Virus genome (UHGV): UHGV-0139000
DNA from: a virus
Strand: one strand, 5' to 3'
DNA length: 41,137 bases
Of the stretch, positions 29,134 through 37,629 are shown piece after piece. The position numbers and the translations under genes are program-made. The notes beneath the pieces are model-generated. The model was given only the letters and a program-made list of their open reading frames with translations, had not been told where the DNA came from and made no database searches. How positions within the stretch are numbered: the stretch's first letter is position 1; each line of letters begins with the position of its first letter.

Positions 29134-29757
29134 ATGTCTCTCGCAGCCCGTTTTAAAGCACGTCGTTTGGAATTAGGAATGACTCAAGTGGAAGTAGCGA
29201 ATTCTGCAGGGGTTAGCCAACAATCCATAGAATCCATCGAAAGTGGACGAACCAGAAAGCCACGCAATCTTCTGGATCTGGCTAAGGCCTTGAAATGTAG
29301 CCCAGACTGGCTACTGAACGGTAAAAATATTATGCCTCTCGCGGAGATAAGTACCAGACGCATACCTATATTAAGTTACGTTCAGGCAGGAGAGCTTACA
29401 GAAGCAAGAGACATAACAGATCTGACAGGGGAATTTGAATATATTTTGGCAGACTCTGACATTCCAGAAACATGCTTCGCATTACGTATTGATGGCGACA
29501 GCATGCAACCAGAGTTTAAAGAAGGAGACATTGTTATCATCGATCCTGATCTATGTCCTGCACCAGGGGAGTTTGTTGTCGCCAAAAACGACGGTCACGA
29601 AGCTACATTTAAAAAATACCGTCCATTAGGAATCGGCATCGACGACTTTGAATTAATCCCCCTAAATCCTGATTACCCTATTTTTCGTAGTGCAGATATG
29701 AACTTACAGATCATAGGTGTAATGATCGAACACCGTATTTACCGCCGTAAACGTTAG
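29134..29757 (+). CDS. CI-type repressor with LexA-like S24 autopeptidase domain
   Basis: N-terminal HTH (MTQVEVANSAGVSQQSIESIESG); Ala-Gly cleavage site in SYVQAGEL; C-terminal domain with GDSM (Ser) and FKKY (Lys); AGGA 8 nt before the ATG. Confidence 0.85.
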   Translation: MSLAARFKARRLELGMTQVEVANSAGVSQQSIESIESGRTRKPRNLLDLAKALKCSPDWLLNGKNIMPLAEISTRRIPILSYVQAGELTEARDITDLTGEFEYILADSDIPETCFALRIDGDSMQPEFKEGDIVIIDPDLCPAPGEFVVAKNDGHEATFKKYRPLGIGIDDFELIPLNPDYPIFRSADMNLQIIGVMIEHRIYRRKR

Positions 29758-29775
29758 TATTCCCACCGTAAATAT

Positions 29776-29795
29776 CGGGAGGCGTAACAGCCTCC
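29776..29795 (+). terminator. hairpin immediately after cI (weak terminator candidate)
   Basis: gggaggc-gtaaca-gcctccc, 7-bp GC-rich stem; only a weak T tract follows. Confidence 0.35.
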
Positions 29796-29883
29796 CTTAC
29801 CCCATTTGTAAAGTCTTACAAATTAAATTCACTTAAATATCAATAAAGTAGTATTCACACCCCACAAAATACCACATTTGTGG

Positions 29884-29912
29884 TTTACACAATACAACTC
29901 AAATTGTATCTT
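29884..29912 (+). promoter_or_regulatory. early (PL-like) promoter overlapped by a perfect operator palindrome
   Basis: -35 tttaca (29884..29889), 16-nt spacer, -10-like gtatct (29906..29911); operator atacaa-ctcaaa-ttgtat (29892..29909) matches the 29071..29088 site at 17 of 18 positions. Confidence 0.5.
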
Positions 29913-30079
29913 TAGCCACAAGTCGAACGGCGCGACTCTAAACCATGCGTCGGGACCGTGGCGGGACAGGATGTCGGCAATACGGGTCAGTAAGTTCCCT
30001 TTGGGGTGCGGCGAAGCACTGTCTACTGATACAAGTCGAAGCCGCCGAACCACCAAAGTGAACTGAATGAGGAAACGGC

Positions 30080-30274
30080 GTGAAAACGTATAAACCGCTC
30101 AAAGGTGAATGCCCTGCTTGCCAAACACAGCTTCAGACACCAAAGCCAAAACGATACCAAATCAACGAATGTTATGAGCACTGCCCTGGATGTGGTGCTT
30201 TCCTGCATACCATTGCAACGCACTGGCGTGTCCGCTTCAACCTTGTGGTACCACGTACGCACAATACCAACTGA
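30080..30274 (+). CDS. small Cys-pair zinc-ribbon-like protein (64 aa), first early gene
   Basis: GTG start with GAGG 7 nt upstream; CPAC...CPGC pairs; followed by an intrinsic terminator. Confidence 0.5.
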   Translation: MKTYKPLKGECPACQTQLQTPKPKRYQINECYEHCPGCGAFLHTIATHWRVRFNLVVPRTHNTN

Positions 30275-30305
30275 ATCATCCATGTAATTGCTGTGTGTAG
30301 TCTTT

Positions 30306-30331
30306 GCCCGCCGCAAGTGACGGGCTTTTTT
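30306..30331 (+). terminator. rho-independent terminator after the first early gene
   Basis: gcccg-ccgcaagtga-cgggc followed by tttttt. Confidence 0.6.
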
Positions 30332-30390
30332 ATGTCTGAAAGCGCACTCGCAACAGCGCGCTCCCCGATATGAAAAAAGGAATACAACCG

Positions 30391-30540
30391 ATGAAACCTG
30401 AACACCTCTATCGACTGACGGGGCGCGATGTTCTCCGTTATCGCCGTAAAAACTTCGATTTGATGACCGGTCTGGCCGTTGCCACTGCGCTCGGTCTGAT
30501 CATCACTTTCATTCTCCTTGTAGCGAGGACCACAGTATGA
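30391..30540 (+). CDS. small membrane protein (49 aa), below the ORF-track length cutoff
   Basis: ATG at 30391 with AAGGA 10 nt upstream; [49 protein letters not shown] (basic N-terminus, C-terminal helix); stop overlaps the next ATG (ATGA). Confidence 0.4.
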   Translation: MKPEHLYRLTGRDVLRYRRKNFDLMTGLAVATALGLIITFILLVARTTV

Positions 30541-31439
30541 GTTTAGAAACCAGTCTCGAACTTAATAATCAACTTCTGGCACAACATAATGCGCTGCTTG
30601 AACGTCTTATCCGCACGATGGCATCAGGTATTGTTATGCATCCTGACACGATTTCACGAGTGCAGGAATGTCGGGATACAGCAACTGAAACTGAAAATAT
30701 GTCAGCGGCAATGACACTGGATGATCTGGAGTTCAGCGACGTTATCGCACTGGCTGGTTTCTACCCGGTAGCCACCCCTATCACAGAAGACATGCTGCAA
30801 CGTGCTGTTGCCTACCGTGATGCTGAAGGCGATAAACGAGTAGTTCAGATTGATGCTCTCGACAGCGCATTGCAGGGCGTCAAACGAGCCAGGGCACTGC
30901 ATAAACCCGCTCTTCTGGACCTGTCCCGTAACATTCTTAAGTTCTGGGACGACCTGCCAACCATCGGCGAGCGACGTGCTTTTGCCGAGCAACTACTTGA
31001 TGCACCTGCAGATGGGCGTGATGAAGTTAAGCCGAAAAAGGCCAGTAACAAAGATGGAGAACGCACGGGGCCGTTTTACGTCAAAAATGTATCCGGCACA
31101 GCAGCCAGTGAACTCCACACCTTACGCAAGTTGAACGAGATGCTTAAAAAAGGCCATATCGAGATCAACCGTGTTGAGTACCTTCAGCTGCAGGAAGAAT
31201 TTGCACGCAGAGACGCAGCAAATTCCAGCCAGAATAATGACGCCAAAGATGACCATACAATTGATTTCGCTGCACTACGCAAACAAGCTGAAGGGTTGAT
31301 CCTCCAGTTAGCAAAAGGGGGTTACCGGGCAGAAGCTATTGCAATTCTGGAAAAACAGGGAGCCAGGAAACTTGGTGAAGTAACGGATGAAAATCTCGCT
31401 GAAGTAATCACCCTGGCTGAAAAAGCACTGGAGGGTTAA
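30537..31439 (+). CDS. hypothetical early protein (300 aa)
   Basis: Operon position before the nuclease and polymerase genes; no motif recognised. Confidence 0.55.
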   Translation: MSLETSLELNNQLLAQHNALLERLIRTMASGIVMHPDTISRVQECRDTATETENMSAAMTLDDLEFSDVIALAGFYPVATPITEDMLQRAVAYRDAEGDKRVVQIDALDSALQGVKRARALHKPALLDLSRNILKFWDDLPTIGERRAFAEQLLDAPADGRDEVKPKKASNKDGERTGPFYVKNVSGTAASELHTLRKLNEMLKKGHIEINRVEYLQLQEEFARRDAANSSQNNDAKDDHTIDFAALRKQAEGLILQLAKGGYRAEAIAILEKQGARKLGEVTDENLAEVITLAEKALEG

Positions 31440-31441
31440 TC

Positions 31442-32743
31442 ATGCCAGACGTTCATGCACAACTTTCTCCATCATCAGCGCATCGATGGATGCGCTGCCC
31501 AGGAAGTCTGGCGCTGGAGGCCACACAACCGGATAAAGAAACAACTTTTGCAATCGAGGGCACTGCAGCGCACGCGCTTGCTGAAAAAGTTCTACGAAAC
31601 AGGCAAAGCCACCCGGAACACTACGCCGGATGCAATGTTTCTATGTTTCTCGGCTCATACCCCCTTCGCGAAAATCCTGATGATACATCTGGCCCACAGG
31701 TGGATGATGAAATGGTCGAAGCCGTTGGCCGGTATGTTGATACGGTCTGGACTCTTGCACAGAATAATGAACTATTGGTTGAACAACGTGTTGATTTCTC
31801 ACATATAACGGGGGTGGAAGAATCTTTCGGAACTGCCGACGGCATAATCATCGCTGGTAACGAATTACAAATCCACGACCTGAAATATGGCAAAGGCGTC
31901 CGCATTGATGCAGAACAAAATGAGCAACTACAACTGTATGCTCTGGGTGCGCTCGAACAATTCAGCATGCTGTATGACTTTGAGACTGTAAGATTATTTA
32001 TTCACCAGCCAAGGCTCAACCACGTTTCAGAATGGTCGTTAACCGTGCAGGAACTTCAGTCTTTCGGTAAACGAGCACAGGAGGCCGCAACCAGTGCGAT
32101 CCTTGTTCTCAATATTGCTGAATGCGAAGGCATTGAGACACTACCGCTGGAAAACTTCATACCTGGAGAAAAACAGTGCCGCTTCTGTAAAGCAAAAGCT
32201 ATTTGCACTGCCCAGAAAATGCAGCATTTACAAACAGCGGCCAGCGACTTTGAAGATCTGACAAAGCCTGTCAGCGAAATAATCACCAATGCCAGCGCAC
32301 GTGTACCTCTGTTAACCATTGAGCAGCTTGCGGAGATCTATAGCCAGGCCGACTTTATTGAGTCCTGGCTAAAGGCAGTACGGGACCGGGTTCACAATGA
32401 ACTCAATGCCGGACATCCGGTACCGGGGTTTAAACTGGTAACAGGAAAACAAGGTAACCGGGCCTGGAGTGATGAAGAGGCAGCTCGCGCACTTCTGAAG
32501 GACCAGTTCAGGTACAAAACTGAAGAAGTATTCGACTTTAAACTTATTAGTCCCACAAAAGCCGAAAAACTTATCAAAAAGGCCAGTCCACGCCGTTGGT
32601 CAAAAGTCGAGGCACTGATAACACGAGCTGATGGTAAACCAACCGTCGTTCCCGAGTCAGACCCACGCCCCGCACTCAATATCAACCCTGTAAATGATTT
32701 CGACGACGTATCCGACGATACGCTAACCGCAGACCTCATCTGA
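31442..32743 (+). CDS. PD-(D/E)XK family nuclease (Cas4/RecB-like, DUF2800-type)
   Basis: N-terminal [14 protein letters not shown], central IHDLKYGKG motif and C-terminal Cys cluster ([10 protein letters not shown]); typical companion of phage PolA modules. Confidence 0.65.
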   Translation: MPDVHAQLSPSSAHRWMRCPGSLALEATQPDKETTFAIEGTAAHALAEKVLRNRQSHPEHYAGCNVSMFLGSYPLRENPDDTSGPQVDDEMVEAVGRYVDTVWTLAQNNELLVEQRVDFSHITGVEESFGTADGIIIAGNELQIHDLKYGKGVRIDAEQNEQLQLYALGALEQFSMLYDFETVRLFIHQPRLNHVSEWSLTVQELQSFGKRAQEAATSAILVLNIAECEGIETLPLENFIPGEKQCRFCKAKAICTAQKMQHLQTAASDFEDLTKPVSEIITNASARVPLLTIEQLAEIYSQADFIESWLKAVRDRVHNELNAGHPVPGFKLVTGKQGNRAWSDEEAARALLKDQFRYKTEEVFDFKLISPTKAEKLIKKASPRRWSKVEALITRADGKPTVVPESDPRPALNINPVNDFDDVSDDTLTADLI

Positions 32744-32758
32744 TTTAAGGAAATACCC

Positions 32759-33307
32759 ATGAAACTGAAGCTGAACAATGTTCGTCTGGCCTTCCCGTCT
32801 CTGTTTGAAGCTAAAACTGTAAACGGCGAAGGCGATCCGCGTTTCTCCGCAGTATTTTTAATGTCTCCCAAACACCCACAACTGGAAGAAATCCGTAAAG
32901 CTATGAAGCAGGTAGCGAAGGAAAAATGGGGAGAGAAGTGGGAGCCCATTTATAACCAGCTGGAGAAAAAACTCAATCTGTGCCTGCATGATGGTGATGA
33001 AAAAGCAGAGTATGAAGGCTTCCCCGGCAATTTCTTCCTGAATGCTGCTAACAAAGCGCGCCCAGCTGTTCTTGATCGCGATCGTTCGCCACTTATTCAG
33101 GCTGACGGACGTCCTTATGCAGGGTGCTATGTAAACGCCGTTATCGATATCTGGGCACAGGACAATAATTTCGGTAAACGCATTAATGCCTCACTCGGCG
33201 GAGTCCAGTTCCTGCGAGACGGCGATGCATTCGCTGGCGGCGGAGTGGCAAGCGCTGACGATTTCGACGATATCAGCGAAGGTGCTGATGCTGAAGCACT
33301 AATTTAA
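32759..33307 (+). CDS. ssDNA-binding-like protein (DUF2815-type) of the replication module
   Basis: 182 aa directly after the nuclease; assignment from recalled family and synteny. Confidence 0.5.
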   Translation: MKLKLNNVRLAFPSLFEAKTVNGEGDPRFSAVFLMSPKHPQLEEIRKAMKQVAKEKWGEKWEPIYNQLEKKLNLCLHDGDEKAEYEGFPGNFFLNAANKARPAVLDRDRSPLIQADGRPYAGCYVNAVIDIWAQDNNFGKRINASLGGVQFLRDGDAFAGGGVASADDFDDISEGADAEALI

Positions 33308-33359
33308 CCCTACTTCATAGACGCCCGGTTAAACACCGGGCTACTGATTAGGCGTATAA

Positions 33360-33989
33360 TCACTCAGGAATCTTAATCTTTCTCAATTCTTTATTTAGTT
33401 CACAGATCTTTTTCTTAGACGGGAAAGTATCATACATCCAAAAACCAACAGTCTCTAAAACTATTATCATAACCATATACACAAGATAATTTAAAAGGCC
33501 TTCATTTTGCCCTATGGAAATAATGCAGATAATAGAAAAAAGGGTAAACAGCACAAAACACAGAAAGGAAAACAGACGACTAATAATAAATAAAAAACCT
33601 GAAAAATCAACATTAATAAAAAACACTCCGTTATCTTTCTCTATATAATTCTGAAGCTTAATCAACTGATTTATATACTGTCTTTTTTCTAATCTATTGC
33701 AAATGTAAATAACATCTCTTCGGTTATAAGAGGATTGCAATTTCAGCGCATCACGAATAATTTTATCATTTATTCTTTTTTCTATGGCTTTCTTATCCTC
33801 CTTATCCAGATAACGTTCATACTTAATTAAATATAAAATTAACTTCTTGACATATTTAGGCTCTTTATACTTATAATTAAAAATAATCTTTCTTATCCAG
33901 ACTCCCATAACAATCAAACATGAAAAAATATATCCAGCTATTTTCTCCAGATGCTCTGTATGGTCAATCAAGTATTGGATCATATGCAT
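33360..33989 (-). CDS. membrane protein (209 aa), antisense AT-rich insert in the replication operon
   Basis: One N-terminal and two C-terminal hydrophobic helices with a Lys/Glu-rich central region; strongly AT-rich codons; opposite strand to all neighbours; stem-loop at 33325..33343 on its 3' side. Confidence 0.6.
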   Translation of the reverse strand: MHMIQYLIDHTEHLEKIAGYIFSCLIVMGVWIRKIIFNYKYKEPKYVKKLILYLIKYERYLDKEDKKAIEKRINDKIIRDALKLQSSYNRRDVIYICNRLEKRQYINQLIKLQNYIEKDNGVFFINVDFSGFLFIISRLFSFLCFVLFTLFSIICIISIGQNEGLLNYLVYMVMIIVLETVGFWMYDTFPSKKKICELNKELRKIKIPE

Positions 33990-34035
33990 AATTAATCTTT
34001 TAATCAGTTAATAGAATAAAAACCAAGGTAAACAC

Positions 34036-36099
34036 ATGTCCAATATACTATGGGGCGACCTGGAAACCTATTGCGAAATCCCTATTACGAACGGTACCCA
34101 TGCGTATGCCGAAGGCGTTGAAGTGATGCTTTTCGCATGGGCTATCAACGACGGGCCAGTAAACGTGTGGGATATCACTGCCGGTGGTGGTATTCCACAC
34201 GGCTTATACGAAGCAATCGCAGACCCTGAAACCCTGCTTTATTTTCATAACTCTCACTTCGACCGCACCGTCCTGCGTTATGCAATGCCGCGCCTGGCAC
34301 CGCCAGTCGAACGTTGGCGCGACACAATGGTGCAGGCGCTGGCGCACGGTCTCCCGGGGTCTCTGGGGGAACTCTGCGAAATACTCGGCGTCCCGCAAGA
34401 CAAAGCGAAGGACAAAGAAGGTAAAGCGCTGATCCAGCTGTTCTGTAAGCCCCGCCCGAAAAACAGCAAACTGCGCCGTGCCACCAGCAAAACCCACCCG
34501 GAAGAATGGCGGCGCTTTGTTGCTTACGCCGGACTGGATATCGAGGCAATGCGCGAAGTCTATAAACGTCTGCCGAAGTGGAATTATCAGGGGACAGAGC
34601 TGGCGCTCTGGCATCGTGATCAGCAGATCAACGACCGGGGCGTCTGCATGGACATGCAACTCGCGCGCGCTGCGATCGAAGCGGTAGACCAGGAGCAAAA
34701 GCGCCTGGCAAAGCGTACACAGGAAATGACTGATGGCGAAGTGCAGGCAGCCACACAACGAGACGCGTTGATTAAGCACATTGTTGAATCCTACGGTGTG
34801 GAGCTACCAGACATGCAACGCAGTACTCTGGAACGTCGTATTGCCGACCCCGATTTACCATCTGCCGTGAAAGAACTGCTGGCTATCCGCCTGCAGGCCA
34901 GTACTACCAGCACCAGTAAATACAAGGCACTGATGAAAGGCGTAAGCCACGACGGGCGCTTACGCGGTACGCTACAGTTCTGCGGGGCGTCACGTACCGG
35001 TCGTTGGGCCGGACGGCTATTCCAGCCCCAGAACCTTCCCCGCCCTTCACTAAAACAGGAACAAATAGACGAAGGCATCGAAGCACTGAAAGCCGGATGT
35101 GCAGACCTGCTGTTTGACAATATCATGGAACTAACCAGTTCAGCGTTACGTGGCTGCATTATCGCGCCAACAGGCAAAAAGCTGGTGGTAAGTGACTTGT
35201 CGAACATTGAAGGCCGTATGCTGGCATGGCTGGCGGGAGAAGAATGGAAACTGAATGCATTCAGAGAGTACGACGCCGGAACGGGTCCGGACTTATATAA
35301 ACTGGCGTATGCAAAAGCTTTCGATATTGCACCAGATGATGTTGATAAACACATGCGTCAGATCGGTAAAGTCATGGAACTCGGTCTGGGTTATGGTGGT
35401 GGTGTGTCGGCCTTCATCACTTTTGCACTGGTTTACGGTCTCGATCTCGACGAGCTGGCGAACGCCGCACTACCAAACATTCCCCGCGATGTTATCCGCG
35501 AGGCGAAAAGCTGGTACGACGAATCTGTTAAACGCAAGTCAACCTACGGGCTTTCTGAACGGGTATTTATCGCCTGCGACTCACTTAAACGTCTCTGGCG
35601 CCGGGCGCATCCCGCGACCTGTGATTTCTGGTACGAACTGGAGCGCACCGTCCGCACTGCAATCGCCACACCGCAAAAAACATTGTATTGCGGTTATCTT
35701 AAAATCCGCCGCGATGGCGCGTGGCTGCGCATACAGCTACCATCCGGACGCGCTGTATGCTACCCGTCTCCGGTTATCGAAAAAGGGAATATCACCTACA
35801 TGGGGGTTAACTCTTATTCGCGTAAATGGCAACGACTCAAAACCTACGGCGGAAAGCTGGTGGAGAACATCACCCAGGCGGCCGCCCGCGACATTCTGGC
35901 CGGAAACATGCCGCTTATCGAAGATGCCGGTTACAGCATTGTGCTGACGGTACACGACGAGGTGATCACCGAAGCACCTGACACAGAAGATTTCAACGAT
36001 AAAGCGCTTTCCGCACTTCTCTCCACTAACCCCGAATGGGCGCCCGATATCCCACTGAACGCTGGCGGTTTTGAGGCGTACCACTACCGTAAGGATTAA
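34036..36099 (+). CDS. family A DNA polymerase (phage type)
   Basis: Motif A DLSNIEGR, motif [17 protein letters not shown], motif C VHDEVITE; 687 aa. Confidence 0.85.
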   Translation: MSNILWGDLETYCEIPITNGTHAYAEGVEVMLFAWAINDGPVNVWDITAGGGIPHGLYEAIADPETLLYFHNSHFDRTVLRYAMPRLAPPVERWRDTMVQALAHGLPGSLGELCEILGVPQDKAKDKEGKALIQLFCKPRPKNSKLRRATSKTHPEEWRRFVAYAGLDIEAMREVYKRLPKWNYQGTELALWHRDQQINDRGVCMDMQLARAAIEAVDQEQKRLAKRTQEMTDGEVQAATQRDALIKHIVESYGVELPDMQRSTLERRIADPDLPSAVKELLAIRLQASTTSTSKYKALMKGVSHDGRLRGTLQFCGASRTGRWAGRLFQPQNLPRPSLKQEQIDEGIEALKAGCADLLFDNIMELTSSALRGCIIAPTGKKLVVSDLSNIEGRMLAWLAGEEWKLNAFREYDAGTGPDLYKLAYAKAFDIAPDDVDKHMRQIGKVMELGLGYGGGVSAFITFALVYGLDLDELANAALPNIPRDVIREAKSWYDESVKRKSTYGLSERVFIACDSLKRLWRRAHPATCDFWYELERTVRTAIATPQKTLYCGYLKIRRDGAWLRIQLPSGRAVCYPSPVIEKGNITYMGVNSYSRKWQRLKTYGGKLVENITQAAARDILAGNMPLIEDAGYSIVLTVHDEVITEAPDTEDFNDKALSALLSTNPEWAPDIPLNAGGFEAYHYRKD

Positions 36100-36104
36100 C
36101 TCCT

Positions 36105-36320
36105 ATGTCATTTAAATACCGGGACAATCCACTTTATTACAGGGCTGCAAGGGAAGCTTTGCGACTTGAACAATCCGGCGAATATGACCGGGCAGCGGAG
36201 GTCTGGGCAAAAGCCAACCGCGAATCACATCACGAACTGAATCAGGAATGGAGTGAACGCAGATCTGATTTTTGCCTGATGCAGAACATGCGTGAAAAGC
36301 GTAAGGCGGTCGAAGAATGA
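36105..36320 (+). CDS. hypothetical small protein (71 aa)
   Basis: Translationally coupled within the replication operon. Confidence 0.45.
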   Translation: MSFKYRDNPLYYRAAREALRLEQSGEYDRAAEVWAKANRESHHELNQEWSERRSDFCLMQNMREKRKAVEE

Positions 36321-36616
36321 TCGTTTACGTTGCCGGGCCGATGAGCGGTTACGAGCAATTTAACCGCCCGGCCTTTCATTCCGCAGCAAAGAGGCTAACG
36401 GACAAGGGATATGTTGTGCTTAACCCCGCAACTTTACCCAATGGTTTGACACAGGCTCAGTACATGGACATCTGCCTCGCAATGCTTCGCTGTGCCGATA
36501 CGATTTATATGCTCAAAGAGTGGGAGTACTCTGCTGGCGCACGTGCAGAAAACGCGTTGGCAGAGAAACTGGAATTGAATGTGCTTTTTGAAGAGTGGGA
36601 TTCAGATGGCCTATGA
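36317..36616 (+). CDS. DUF4406-type protein (nucleoside 2-deoxyribosyltransferase-like fold)
   Basis: N-terminus MIVYVAGPMSG and overall size match the family as I recall it. Confidence 0.5.
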   Translation: MIVYVAGPMSGYEQFNRPAFHSAAKRLTDKGYVVLNPATLPNGLTQAQYMDICLAMLRCADTIYMLKEWEYSAGARAENALAEKLELNVLFEEWDSDGL

Positions 36617-36875
36617 ACGTGAAAGCCTTATCGAAAAGCACCTCGTCGCTGAAGTGAAAAAAGCTGGCGGAGTGGCCTTTAAGTTTGTATCTCCCGGTCA
36701 CCGCTCGGTACCGGATCGCATTGTCCTGCTACCAGGCGGTCGTATCGTTTTCGTTGAATGTAAATCTCCCGGCAAGCCACCACGGCCTGACCAGTTGCGC
36801 GAACATGAACGTCTGCGAAAACTGGGCTTTACCGTGGTGGTGCTGGATAGCAAAAATTTAGAGGGGATATTGTGA
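36606..36875 (+). CDS. VRR-NUC domain nuclease
   Basis: About 90 aa with ...PDRIVLLPGGRIVFVECKSPG... (D...E-x-K core); usual position beside the helicase. Confidence 0.65.
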   Translation: MAYERESLIEKHLVAEVKKAGGVAFKFVSPGHRSVPDRIVLLPGGRIVFVECKSPGKPPRPDQLREHERLRKLGFTVVVLDSKNLEGIL

Positions 36876-36880
36876 GACAA

Positions 36881-37606
36881 TCATTCTGAGCGATTTTTCT
36901 TGAGCTTAGAAGCTTTTAAAAAACATACTTTTAGTTGTTGTGTTTCTTTTATGCTTACAGGAATTAATTTCCCCTCAATTCCTTCGACACTCATAAATTC
37001 AGAGCTATTTTTTTTACAGTTCCCCAAGACAAATTTTCCGTTATAGCTTTCGATAATATAAGCATCATATTTTTTAGAATAAAAAAGAGGCTCATCTGAT
37101 AAGTATGCCCATGCCCACCCAAGGACTGAAGGAAGCATTGCTATGGATATAAAAAGCATAACCCCATGAGTTTTGTTTTTTATTCTAAATTCATTCCTAA
37201 TAAAAACAGATACTGCCCTGACACTGATAGGGCTAATAAATCCCAACAGTATTGCTTGGGTAGCCACATCCCTTATGGATTTTTCATAAAGGTATGAGCT
37301 ACCGCCATATAAATACATTGTCCAGTATGAAAGCAAAGAGGCCAAAATGAAGAAAAATAAATACACCCACCATGGAATATTCTTCTCTTCAGTATCAATA
37401 TGCAGCAAAGCGACTAAGGTGCACAAAAGTCCTAATGCAATAACAGAAAATTTAACTATTTCCTCAATCCCAATAGAAATAAAACTTACAGGGAATCCAT
37501 AAAATGAGCTGTACCCTTTGTAAAAAGAAAAAGCCATAAAATAAAGGGCGGCCAAGAGAACCGTTGTAATTGATAAATCTTTTACATTCATGATGTTCAA
37601 GAGCAC
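36881..37606 (-). CDS. polytopic membrane protein (241 aa), antisense AT-rich insert between VRR-NUC and helicase
   Basis: Four to five predicted hydrophobic helices in the first ~160 aa then a Lys-rich soluble tail; strongly AT-rich; opposite strand to both neighbours. Confidence 0.6.
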   Translation of the reverse strand: MLLNIMNVKDLSITTVLLAALYFMAFSFYKGYSSFYGFPVSFISIGIEEIVKFSVIALGLLCTLVALLHIDTEEKNIPWWVYLFFFILASLLSYWTMYLYGGSSYLYEKSIRDVATQAILLGFISPISVRAVSVFIRNEFRIKNKTHGVMLFISIAMLPSVLGWAWAYLSDEPLFYSKKYDAYIIESYNGKFVLGNCKKNSSEFMSVEGIEGKLIPVSIKETQQLKVCFLKASKLKKNRSE

Positions 37607-37629
37607 CTTTCTAATCAGGGATTTTCTTC

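Noticed and set aside
29829-30066. Two overlapping ORFs (29829..30056 minus, 29878..30066 plus) between cI and the first early gene
   Set aside because: The interval is packed with dyad symmetries and a promoter-operator pair; the ORFs overlap each other on opposite strands and lack RBS; treated as regulatory DNA.
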